A stretch of DNA of 64,000 nt from Polymyxa betae A26-41 (lineage: Eukaryota; Protista; Endomyxa: Phytomyxea): NCBI GenBank assembly GCA_003693705.1, contig RBZT01000336.1:1-64000 (forward strand), in the 5' to 3' direction. The translations under genes were made by a program, and so were the position numbers. The notes beneath the pieces are model-generated. The model saw only the letters and a program-made list of their open reading frames with translations, ran no database searches and was not told where the DNA came from. Each line of letters begins with the position of its first letter. Position 1 is the stretch's first letter. This document shows, one piece after another, positions 12,275 to 24,150 of this stretch.

Positions 12275-14417
12275 TTATGAACTCCATCTCTCCATCATTG
12301 CAGGCGAGCGGTATGTCATCCATGGGTCGACCTCTGGAACCTGATCCAGAGAGGTCGGCATCCAGTCCAGGTCCAGTCTAACCGTGTATTTGGTGAAGCC
12401 GAGCTCGGACTTGGTCACCTGCACGACTTGGTACTTAATTGTGTTCAGCCCCTCTGCTTTGGTCGCTGATGGATGAGCCAGAACGTAGTCCAGGTAGCGC
12501 CTGTTATAGAAGAAGAGCGGTGTCGTATCTAGTTCCTGCACTCGGCGATGCGCTAGGGCTCGATACTGCCCGATGTTTGGATCGAGCTTGTCTACGTTGC
12601 CAAACGCCGATGACAGTCGAAAATAAAGGTCGTCGTCCTCCATTCCCTGACATTGTCGATTCAGAACAAGCAGATTTCGATAGAAATCTGTCATACCCAA
12701 CCCCAGAAGTGGTTGCTCAGACCATTGATTTGCTTAAAGTGCTCCATCCTCAGTAGCAGGACGCCGCCCACCTGAAATCAGCATCGATTAGGGTTGATTT
12801 ATGACATTTTCGCAGAGTCTACAAAGCGAATTAAATCAAATCTGCAACGCATGTCCCAACTTTGTGTCAACTTTTCAAAAGGAATTCGAACTTGTGGAAA
12901 TCAAATTCTAAAAGCCGGACCAGGACTCAATCTTCCTTACCATGGTGGCGTAAGCAGGTTTCCAGCCATATTGTGACGATGCCGAACACAGATGGGTAGG
13001 CTTCTCAGGCATGCGGTAGTCGTTTCTAGGATCGATTGGGAGCTGGTCGACGTCGTGTAGCGCCATGTATGCGAAGTCATGTTTGACCAGGTCATAACCG
13101 ATATTGAACAAAGCCGCTTTGTTGAACAATACGCCCGGTTCCTGTTCGATCACAATGATTTCGAAATCACGTCCGGCGGCGGTCAAGAAATTGTTCATGT
13201 AACCGGCGAACTCGACCAAATTGGCTCCACGATCGAGGCCCTGTGTTGTGTTATCGAAAGAATCCCTGAATGGAACGATCACAGCAAGGCGAGGATTATT
13301 GGGATCCTGTTGGCGCCGATCCTTTCCTGCAATTGGAGCAGGGAGCGGGGCGATTTGATAAAACTTCTTCGGGATCCTCTTCTTGATCTCAGAGGCCGTG
13401 TCTTTAGCGTTCGAGAAGCGGATGCGATGGTAATCGGCGAAGACATTGTATCGAGAGATCGTCCGCAATTCGTCATCAAACGAAACCTCGATCAGCGTCG
13501 AGGTCGCCGGAAGAAACAACGCGATTCCGTCCAGACGGCTTCTCGGTGCAATTAGGACGCCCAGATCTGAGATGTCGTTGAGCGACGCGATCGTCACATC
13601 GTTGATGTAGATCGGTTCGACGGAAATCGATCTCGCATTGAGTTGAGCAAGAATAGGATCGAGCTGTTCGCATGGCTTCGACGGAGAACAGTCTGGCATT
13701 AGAAAGCCGATACGAGTACGGGCCAGGTTCGTGCTGATCTGACTTAGAAACAGTTGTCGTTCAAAGGCCAGATTTGGGACCAAGTTTGGTTCACGAAGGA
13801 TGACGGCCTCGCTCAAGCAGAGCTGCACATCGGGTGAGACGACCTGAAACAGATTCCTCCAAAGCGCCATGAATTTGTTACCGTCAACGATAACACGAGC
13901 ATTGGACGGATCGATCTTCGATTTCAGGCAAGTTCTGAAGGCGCCCTCCATCAGGGCCAGGTTGGCTCCCAGATCGCCACGTTCGGCTTCCTCCATCATG
14001 ACGATCACGGTAAAGTTGTTTTCGAATTCGCTGCAGATCTGACTCGGTTGTCGGATCAGGTTAATAATGGGCGAAGGGAAATGCAGTTCCTGCATGATGT
14101 CGCACTGAAACTGGATGGCGCCTCGATTTCTTCTTGACAATCTGGCGGCGTCCACGAGAGCGTTCGATATCCGACATGTTCTTGACGTCTCTGAGCATTG
14201 AATGCCACTAACCCGGTTGTAACAGAGGTTTTGCTAATGAATGAGTTAAATCTTCGTCACCGCTCAGCAAAACATGTTTTACATCTGCAATTGAAGAGAT
14301 ATAACTTCGAACAAGACCGAGCCCGATTAGAACCGAAACCAGTCCTAACAATGTAATGAAAAACAAGAACACTCTGATCTTAAACCGGCGTGGATTTGAG
14401 CTGATCCTCGCCGCCAT
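12275..14417 (-). CDS. Type II membrane glycosyltransferase: GT7 beta-1,4-galactosyltransferase domain preceded by a degenerate GT61-like domain
   Basis: N-terminal TM anchor VFLFFITLLGLVSVLIGLGLV; GT7 motifs LAVIVPFRD, IIVIEQ, FNKAALFNIGY, ALHDVDQLP and spliced INGLSNHFWGW|GMEDDD. Confidence 0.85.
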
Positions 14418-15542
14418 AATTGGAAGCTCACCGCCTTCAGCACAAAGACGTTATGCTGTAGTTTTTGTGTGACGTGCAATCAGCAATCCAGCATTTTCAG
14501 GCTGCGTTGCCCAGTTTGACATTCTCTCCCAGCGTTCCATCATGCTGAATTCAGACATGCCCCGGTACATCTTGATCTTGCTCGCTTGCTAGCTCCATGG
14601 TCAGGGCGTGGTCCGATCTAGCTGAATGACGTTTTTCGGTCAGCAAGAAATCGTATGTGATTGCTGCGACTCGGAGTGGGACAGCACGACCAGCCAATCT
14701 CATGATAGCTTGCTGGATGGTGAAGGAGATAAGCGGAGCCGGTTTCAGACAACAGTTTGCCCTTGTGAAGGAGCGCGTTCTTTTTCGCATTAGTCATCTG
14801 GCAAAGAAAATGTTCCAGTTGGCGCCAGAACGAAATCCTTTCTGAAATGCTCGATCTGCAGGATCTTGCTGATCAACGTCACAATTAGATTGGAATAGAA
14901 GCGTTATTACCGTCTTCGTGATAACTTTAAACAATTTTCTAACCACATGAAAAGTTGTGTCGACTTTTATGCTGGACGGAATTCCTGGCGGCAGCTTCAT
15001 ATCCAATTACTAAACATAACACCTCCAATAAATAACGAATCTATGAATGCTAAACTTAATTAGTCGTATGAGGCACTCGTTGCGCCCGTCTTCAAAAGCG
15101 ATTGCAGCGCCTTGCTTATCAAAAACTATTTGTCTGGTTATAGGCTTAAAGACAACCTCAGCGATTGATGGGTTTAATATTTCGCAAGGTTTTTATTACG
15201 CTACTGCAGCTCCCTTTTCCAGCACAGGTCACACATACGAAAGCTGAGCCTGGACAATCTATCATATAGATCCTCGTTCAGGCAGAAAACCTAACCAAAT
15301 ACTCGCAACTATCCGCCCTGTGTTCGATTTCGTTTTCTCAGTCAAAAGAAAGGGAAACCGGTCAAAAGTGAAAGTTAGACCGTAAACGAATATCGATGCA
15401 AATGACAATACAGTTTAAATGCTACATCCGAACAGACGAGGTTGTCATTCTAAAACGATATGAGCAAAAAAGGGGCAGTCATCAACTGTATAGGCTGGAG
15501 AATAAACTTGCGGTTCTTACGTTTATTAGCAAATAATTAGGC

Positions 15543-17263
15543 TCATACAAGACGTGTTTGTTCAGAGTCCACAACAGAATTGCCATCGCCCTCGAGAGGA
15601 ACGTATTGTGACATAATACTTCGAAGCTCATTACGCATTTTGACAGCTGAATGCTGATGATAGACAAACGCCGCACCGATCAAAATTGCCACAAAAACGA
15701 CAATTAAAGCAATCACGGTGCCAACAGACACTCCACCTCCTCTAATAACGCAATTGCCTTTGTCAGAAATGAAATCTTTGCTGGCGGGGTCCATGCATTG
15801 ATTGCATGCATCACGGACTTGTCCTAAACTGCAACCCGGGCTGGTCCGGCAGATGTTGGGAATCGAGTTTTCATTGTACGCATTGCATAGAGTCTTTCCT
15901 AAGGGACAAGTATCCAAGGAGAGAGGCCCGCGACACGTTGTGGTTCCATAATAAGGCGCTTTGTTGAACGCGAATGACGGAACTAAATATACGTTGCTCT
16001 CTTCCTGAATTGTGAACAATTATAAAAAAGAAACAGGTACGCGATCTGGGCATCATACCTTCAACTTTATCTCCGATTCGATTAAGCTGTTGACCTGAGA
16101 GCTGGCGGGGTCGGCTCCACCTGATTTATCAAAGCATTGTTGCACTGAATCATATAGACCGCTTTTGATGCTTTCCAGAACGGATTTTGAGCACTCCTGA
16201 GAGCATTTAGCATTGCAATCTCAGTTCTGGTCCTCAAGATAGCTTTACCTTATTGACTTTCTTATCTGAAGCACACTTTTCAGCAAAACCTTTAGCGTAG
16301 GTCCAAGGCAACTTATAGTCTTTGTGCTCGTTCGCGTATTGCGACAAGCAGATCCTTCGAAGGTTCTCTTGAACAACATCAGCACCACTAACGCCCAATG
16401 AAAGGTCGCGATCAGGATCAACAGCGCAGTATCTGCCATTGTTCGTGCATTGGTTTCCACATAACTGGGTCCCTGTCTCACCTGAATCCAAATCAATGAT
16501 GGAAACAACCCAAGTTATGTTTAGGATTACACTGGTATGTTGTCCCATCAACAAAAACATAATGGAGATTAACGGCCAATTTTCCTTGCTCTTGTAACGG
16601 CGCCAGCAAGTCTCCCAGATCAGCAAATCCACCGCTTTGCGGATCCATACTTGACGTCCAAATGTCCAAATTGACGATGTCTGTCTTGCTGAGACCATAT
16701 TCAATTGATACCTGGAACAATTCTCAAACGTTGCTTATTGTGCAGCCAAGAGCACCTACCTGAACGGGGTCGTCTTTATTCAGTTGAATGTGATTCGTCA
16801 GCTTTTGTCCATCAGTTTTTTTGATAATCATCGATGGAATTGAGATCGCCGATGTAGCAGAATCAGACCCATCAATTGACATATGAGTGGGCACTTTGTC
16901 TTCATAATTCACGACAATGACGGCAGAAGCGCCAGCGTCTTGAGCATTACGAACTTTGGTCGTAAACGTGCAATTTCCGCGTTGCAATAAAAACACCAAC
17001 TGATCCTTGTTCTCCTGGAATGCCATTGGAGAACACCCATTGAGATTGTTATCAGGAGGGAGATGCAAGCGACCTCGCATGGATCGTCCATATGCAGGCT
17101 CACCAAACAGCGATGGGCGTTCCTCGATCGCACCTTGCACATTCTGAAACGAGAACATGTCACGAAGACTCGGCGGCTGTGTCACCGACAGCGTATTCTC
17201 GCCGAAAACCGCCCCAAAAGCCAGGACGACGGCGCCCGCTAGGACAGGAAGGTGAAACATCAT
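15543..17263 (-). CDS. Vacuolar sorting receptor (VSR/BP-80-like), multi-exon
   Basis: Signal peptide; PA domain (LLQRGNCTFTTKVRNAQDAGASAVIVVN); CGNQCTNNGRYCAVDPD...SGADVVQENLRRIC; TM helix; tail ELRSIMSQYVPLE with YxxL, as in the plant VSR YMPL motif. Confidence 0.9.
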
Positions 17264-17806
17264 AGACGAGACGATTATGGAAATGGCCGTCTGTCGATTC
17301 GCTTGGATTAACCGTCCGAGTGTTAGTAAAGTGGAGAGTTGCTTTAGGTGGACAGTTTCACAGTTGCGTAAGTCCAAGTTATGTTACGAGATAAGGCTTT
17401 GAAGAAGAGACTCGAGAGCAGGGTGCCGCTCTTTCGGGTACCCTATCAAGTACAGTTCGGGCATATCGAAATCTCGAACTTTCTCATCTCGTTCGGGGTA
17501 TCTGTCCCGTCGCAGCAACCTTACACCGACAGCTCGTGTATGGGGTTACAGTCAAGTTCTATCGACAGGCTTCACGGTCGATCGATGCTACCAGACTCTT
17601 CGTAGAGAGATCTCATCCAACAAGAAACGTTCCGAATACAAACAGTCCAAAAAATTTCGTGTAGGGGATCTTAGATGTACGGTCGGAGAGGGCACAATTT
17701 TTGGCCCATTTCTTGGCTGAGGCAAGGACCGATGTTTTGACCAAAGTGCATGGCGGCAAACAAAATTGCGCGAAGTTTTATTCCAGTTCCAAACATTCAA
17801 ATGAGA

Positions 17807-18457
17807 TTAAGGCCAGAATTATTCTGATTTGATAGGGAAACTTGCTTGGTTTTCATATCAGCATACTTCAAAGTTCAGCCCTTCAAAATTCTGCAACTGG
17901 TTCTCTATGGCAATTGCCAATTGGTCATTCTCTTTAGTATCCGATTCTAGCTCAACATAATTGCTTCTGTTTCGAGATCACGTGTTCTAACCAAGACGAT
18001 CGAATGGAGGCTTCTGATGCTGCTCTTAGTCCAGCTGCGAGCTACCACTGGTTATCATTATCAACTGTTTTCCGGCTGTTGTCAAGGCGGTCACAGCGGC
18101 GTGTGATACTCTCCTTTCATTCTCAAATAAAACAATGGAGTTGTTGCCAGCAAGAGATCAACATGTTGAGTCAGCAGCAGCGAAGACACGGAGCAACGCT
18201 GGCGCGAATTCCTCAAGCAAGCAAAAACGCGCGAATATCGCCGCATCTCATACCCAAATTAATGGGTTCTTTGCTTGTTCCAGCAGGAGATCACCATGCT
18301 GAGAAAAAATGGTGAATGGCATTAACTTGGCTATTTGAATAGAAGGAATTGCATTGTATGTCACATTTAGAACAACATCAACATAATGCGAACGACATAA
18401 AAAATCAGCTTTGATTTCAGCTATAAAAGCAGAATTCCCAGAATATTTACGCTTCAT
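17807..18457 (-). CDS. Possible small multi-exon hypothetical gene
   Basis: ORF 18248-18457 ends at a gtatga donor; downstream exon ...ENQLQNFEGLNFE|gtatgc...atcag|NKFWP*; model not fully resolved. Confidence 0.25.
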
Positions 18458-18800
18458 GGACCGTCGCTAAATGTTCGTCCACATTCGATGATAGGCCTAT
18501 AAGTACCTATGATATTGCCAGTTGCGAAATCTGTGGAATAACTGCTGCATTCCTAAGCTCATGGGTTTGCTCCTGCTTAGAATGATGCTCCTGCTATGCA
18601 GAAAACGATGGGATTCAAAAGATATTCAGCTAATGAAAACATTCAAGTAATAAACCAAACAAAGACGTTGATGTTCTCAGAAATTGCTCGTTAAGGTCTG
18701 TGCCAAATCACCAGTGATCACCCGGCCAGATGCATCTCCTGGTCAATTTCCTGCAACAATCTACAATCCCAGACCCGGGTCCTTGGCGGAAGCCCTGGCA

Positions 18801-18945
18801 GGAACGTTCCAAAGTAGGAGACAGGTGCAGCCGAGAACCTGTACCAGGAGTCGCTGGAAAGGATTCACAATGGCCAGATTCTATAGAACATTCCACAGGA
18901 AGGCCGCGCCTCCGTCTCGGGAACCGTGATCACTATAGTTATATA
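18801..18945 (+). promoter_or_regulatory. Candidate heat-shock elements and TATA-like tract upstream of Hsp110
   Basis: nGAAnnTTCn matches ggaacgttcc (18801-18810) and agaacattcc (18885-18894); tatagttatata at ~18934-18945. Confidence 0.4.
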
Positions 18946-19020
18946 GTACTAAACTGCGCCGCCCCGTAAAACTCCACATCCTTTACACAATTCATTCAGA
19001 ATCATTTCCCAGCAGACGCC

Positions 19021-21963
19021 ATGTCCGTAGTCGGCATCGATTTCGGCAACCAGAACTGTGTGATATCGGTCGCCCGGAAGGGGATCGTGGAAATCATCGT
19101 CAATGAAGTATCGAATCGAAAAACGCCCGCTCTGGTGGCGTTCGATGGCCGAGAACGCCAGCTTGGAGAAGCCGCTGGCGTCCGTATGGTGTCGAATGCC
19201 ACCAATACAATCGACAACATCAAGCGTTTGCTTGGTAGGCGATTTAACGATCCAGATTTTCAACGAGATAGAAAAATGTCGGTTGCTGCTTGCATCTGTA
19301 GATCGACGTTTGAAAGGTGCTTCCAGGTTCCACTTCAAGACTCAGCAAGTCGAGAATGACAAAATTGCCATTGAGGTCAACTACATGGACGAGCAGGCTC
19401 AGTTCGCGCCAGAACAAATCGCTGCTGCGTTGTTTGGCTGCCTGAAACGCATCACCGAAAAGGCTCTGGCTCCCATCTCAGTGCAAGACTGTACGAATGC
19501 TTGCGATTTTTATGAGGCGAATACTAATTCGCTGTATAGGCGTCATCGCCTTGCCGCTTTACTTCACTGATATGCAGCGTCGAGCTCTTCTTGATGCTGC
19601 TGGCCTGGTTGGATTCAATGTCCTACGTTTAATTCATGAGACTACAGCGGTTGCTTTACAATACGGTATCTTACGAAATCTACCCGAAGCCGCTCCTTTC
19701 AAGGTTGATTAAATGCGAAGTATAATCTCCTTTCCTGAAAAGCGTGGTGTTAGGTGATGTTTGTTGATGTCGGACATTCTCAGACGAGCGTTTCCGTTGC
19801 GTCTTTCGTCCAGGGCAAGTTGACTGTTTTGGGATGTGATTCTGATTCGAATTTGGGAGGACGTGACTTCGATATGGCTATTCTTCGCCGATTCGTTGAT
19901 GAAATCTCATCTAAACACAACGTCGATGTCACCAATAATCCCAAGGCGATGCTGCGATTGGCCCAAGTCGCTGAACGAACCAAGAAGATGTGAGTCTCGC
20001 TGCGCACAGACGCTATTGTCTAATCACGCTGCAGGCTGTCGGCCAACAACGAGGCTCCTTGGAATGTCGAATGTCTTGTAAATGATCTTGATGTTCGCGG
20101 AATGGTCACACGTTCAGAATTGGAAGCGACTTGCACATCTCTACTGGAGCGCATTCTTGTTCCTGTTAAGAGCGTTATGCATCAGTTGAACCTGAAGCCG
20201 GCCGATCTTCACTCAGTGGAGATTGTTGGTGGATCAATTCGTATCCCAGCTGTCAGAGCTAGCTTGGAGAGCTGGTTCGGTTAGTGTGCTGCTATTGGTG
20301 CTCGTGCAATTATTAATTTTGATGTTAGGTCGCCCGTGCTCAACTACTTGTGATGGCGATGAGTCGGTTGCTCGCGGTGCCGCCTTGATGTGTGCCATGC
20401 TGTCACCAAGCTTCAGAGTGCGAGACTTCGATGTTCAAGATGTCATCGCTACTGGAATTGAAGTGCGCTCTTGAATTCCATTTTTTTGTACTCAAATAGT
20501 CATTGATGTTCAGGTTGCCTATGGCCCTATGGACGGTCCTCTTGGCGATTTCACTCCTTTGTTCCCCAAATTCAATGCCATCCCAGTCACCAAAATGATC
20601 AACTTTTACCGTCCAGAGCCATTCAGAATCGAGGCTCGCTACAGTGAACCAGTTGTTGGACTTGAGCCATTCATTGGAAGGTATATTTTCGTGTTGTTTC
20701 CTCTTCACTGTATCTTACATTTCTGGCAGCTTCAAGGTATCTGGTATTCCTCAGACTGTCGATGCCAGTAAACCGGCAAAGTCCAAAGTGAAAGTTCGTT
20801 TGGATCTGAACGGAATTCTTTCGGTGCCTGGAGCAACAGCTGTTCAAGAAATGGACGAACCAGAGCCGGCTTTTGTTCCGGATGCTATGCCTGTTGATGA
20901 GGCTCCCAAAGCTGAAGTTTCAGGTGGAGGTCAAAGTGAGCCGGCCGCTATGGAAGAGGAAAGTGCTCCTCTCCCTGAACCCGCACCTACTCCTGAGCAG
21001 TCTCAGAAAATGGATGTGGATAACGCTCCAAAGGTACCATTATTCAAACATGGCGCCGTATTCAATCTTATTGTCATGATCAGAAGAAGCAACTGAAACG
21101 AACGGAACTTGAAATCTTATCAGAAATCAAGGGAGGATTGCCAACAGAGCTGTTCCAAGCTTATCATGAGAAAGAAGTTCATATGCATAACGAAGACAAG
21201 ATCATTGCCGAGACCTTTGAAAAGCGCAACGATCTTGAATCGTATATCTATGAAATGCGTGACAGGGTAAGCGATCTGTGTCTTGCATGGTGTTTTCACG
21301 TTATTTAATCGAATTGATATTCAGGTTACTTGTGAGCTCTCTGACTTCTTCAGTGAGAGCACTCGGGAGTCATTCTTAGAATCTCTCGACCAAGCTGAGA
21401 ACTGGCTGTACTCTGATGAATCGGAAGGAGCCCAGAAGAGCACGTTTGTTGAGCAGCTGAATAAGCTGAAGGCTGTTGGCGATGTTGCTGTTAGGCTGCA
21501 ATCTGAATACGAGCAGCGTGAAGAGCGCATTCGTTCAGCTGCCAGCTTGATCAACTCTTACAAGGAGTTCGCTGAAAGCCAAGATGAGAAATTTGCTCAC
21601 ATTTCAAGCGAGAAGAAAGTCACGGTTATTGCTAAATGTTCGGAACTGGAATGTTGGATTTCGGATGTTACTGCGAAGCAGGATCGTCTATCCAAATATG
21701 AACAGCCTGTTTTCACTGTTTCAGAGTTGAGCGCAAAATGCAAGGAGCTGTCTCAGTTCGTCGACCCGATCATGAGAACACCTAAGCCGAAGCCAGCTCC
21801 TGCACCTGAACCTACTAAAGACTCTGAGAAAAAAGCTGGTGAAGGCGAGCCTTCTGAGATGCGCGACGAAGAAAACGCCCCTGTGAATGAGGCTACGATT
21901 GAAAAGGAATCCGAATCCTGTAAACCTGTCGAGCAGGCTAATGAATCTATGAACGTTGACTGA
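19021..21963 (+). CDS. HSP110: Hsp110/SSE-family chaperone (Hsp70 superfamily nucleotide exchange factor), multi-exon
   Basis: MSVVGIDFGNQNCVI, NEVSNRKTP, LRLIHETTAVALQYG, LGGRDFD, VEIVGGSIRIP, DESVARGAALMCAMLSPSFRVRDF, acidic insertion, KRNDLESYIYEMR, AENWLYSDE. Confidence 0.95.
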
Positions 21964-22176
21964 TTTCTGTATAAAATGGGCAATTCTCTGTTATCCATCC
22001 GCAAGTGATCGTCATATTGGGCATATGTGCTAGTTCACAGTAACCAGAGTATGCACACTTGGAGGTAAACTTATTCCCTTCTGTCCATTCGAATTTAGTT
22101 GTCAAAACCGTTTGTGTTATTGCATGTATTTACCTCATCAAACTCCTGAATTGCTTCTTGGGAGATATTCAGGTGT

Positions 22177-23372
22177 TTACACAAGAAATTGAAGATTTTC
22201 TGATACCTCGGGCTTTCTCGAGTTTTTATCTCCAGCTTTGACGTAACAGCGAGCACGAACGATAAATCTAGTGGTGTTCGATCCTCTAGTGACCTTTATA
22301 TCATGCAATAAGCGGTTCACAATGGGCTTATTGATTTGATTTGAATCACCCTCTAATTGCATCAACTGTAGCCATCAGAATCTGATCCTTGACTGGATCA
22401 ATACCATCTTCGGCACAAGTTTTTTGAACAAAAACCTGTAGTTCCCAATATAGGTCGGCACGTTTACGATTATCCAAAGTGAATTTATCCAATTCTTTGA
22501 GTCCAAGCTTTTGTTGAGCTTTCCGCTCGTGAGCTACCTCACTCCAGACACTGGTTTTGTGAGGCAATCGGTCAGCAGCTCTAATGCAAATTAGTTAGCA
22601 AAGATGACGGCAGATAACTGTAATTTCATTACCTTCGCTCAACCGATTCAGTAATTTTACTCAGAAGAGTTCGATCATGCATTACCATTGAGCGATCCAT
22701 AGTTTGACGAGCCAAAATGTCTTGCAGTTCCTCATTAAGCTTTCGCCTGATTTTAGAAAAATCGTCTCTCCAACGCATGATCTGTTGACCAGTCAGCTTG
22801 TGGAAGAACGTCTTTGTGTAATTGCTGACAGGAGACTTCACGGGAAATTTAAGTTTGGATTGACGTTTGATGGGCTGAACAGGATGTTGCTCTGAACTGG
22901 GTGACGGTTGGATAGACTTGCTAAGCTGATTGTATGTTCCAGGAGTGAAAGGAGATTCTTGGTCATCAAGCTCGTTGAGATGATCTTGATAAAGCTGATA
23001 TTCATGATGCTTAACGGGTTGCTTTGTCGCCCTGATGAGATATAAAAATCACGGATTGTAAATCGAAACTTGTTGTACTTATCGATACTTCTTTGCTTAG
23101 GAAGCGTCATCTCTAGATACCAATATGAATAATAGGAACAACATATGCAAAGTATCTCACGTACTGCTCAGATTAATTGGAGCGAAAATAATGTCGGATG
23201 CGTTTGTTCGCGATGACAAGAACTTCCCATTCTGTTCGATATTAATCCATTTGATCGTCGTGTCTTGATCATTTATTACCTTTCCCTTACGGCAACGAAT
23301 CTCTGATTCAATAATCTTATCACGAGGAAACCGATATCGGCCCACGTCCAAGCTTGTTTTGACCGGAGCCAT
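22177..23372 (-). CDS. Hypothetical protein, multi-exon
   Basis: Chain of minus-strand ORFs (23157-23372, 22838-23110, 22629-22841, 22346-22567, 22177-22365) separated by intron-sized gaps; no motif recognised. Confidence 0.5.
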
Positions 23373-23785
23373 TTCGTTGGTTATCGCTACAATCGAATAG
23401 ATAGCTGATTTAGGTTTGGCATTGTTCGCATTTGACTTGTTCTGGGGTCTTTCTGGTGCCTTAGCCGTCCCATCATCCTTCTGGCTTTCGCGAAGATTCG
23501 GCCTAATTCTTTATACAATCAATCCCGCAGATCGTATTCTTATCAGAATCGCTACCGCTGCGATAGAGTAAAATCTGGGACGCCATGTGGTATGTAAGGC
23601 TGGCCATATCTTGACCAGATGCCACGACATTGTCGATTATCACGAATCGCTATGCGCGTGATCAAGGCTAAGGTGGTGATATCGCTGGCGATGTGATTAG
23701 GAATGGGACCCTGGCGGGTCGTTTGAGGCCTCCCCTTCATACTGACCAGCTGAACCACCAAGATATTTTCCAAAATGTTCACAAA

Positions 23786-23878
23786 TCTGACTCTGGAGGC
23801 TCTGTATTGACACAATACATAGTGCTAATTGTCTGACTCTGGATGTTCTGTATTGACGCAATACATAGTGCTAATTGT
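23786..23878. repeat. Tandem duplication, 2 copies, 46-bp period, each with an internal 7-bp inverted repeat
   Basis: tctgactctggaggctcTGTATTGacaCAATACAtagtgctaattg / tctgactctggatgttcTGTATTGacgCAATACAtagtgctaattg. Confidence 0.95.
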
Positions 23879-23969
23879 ATCATACACAATGTCGACTACA
23901 AAGACGCAATCTAACTGCAACATTCGTTTCACGTTACCATGATGAAATATGACAACGGAAGACTTTGAC

Positions 23970-24029
23970 GCCCCACAGCGACGCGATATCAAGTGCAATC
24001 TAGCCCCACATCGACGCGATATTCAAGTG
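23970..24029. repeat. Second short direct repeat (~26 bp x2)
   Basis: gccccacagcgacgcgatatcaagtg vs gccccacatcgacgcgatattcaagtg. Confidence 0.9.
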
Positions 24030-24150
24030 GCTCCAAGGTTTGTAGCTAAGCCGTCTGGAGACTGTGCCATTGGTCCTTATCAATCCGCTTCATTTTTGAA
24101 TTGGAATGGTTCTGTGACCTTCATCATAATGGGAGTCATCACTTCTCACC

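Noticed and set aside
3739-14417. SDR, ATP-grasp, Nudix and glycosyltransferase as a biosynthetic gene cluster
   Set aside because: Mixed orientations, unrelated genes interspersed and no shared upstream motif seen; proximity is expected at this gene density and would need synteny or co-expression support
14551-15247. Small genes between the glycosyltransferase and the VSR
   Set aside because: Conflicting short ORFs on both strands with no consistent splice model or homology signal
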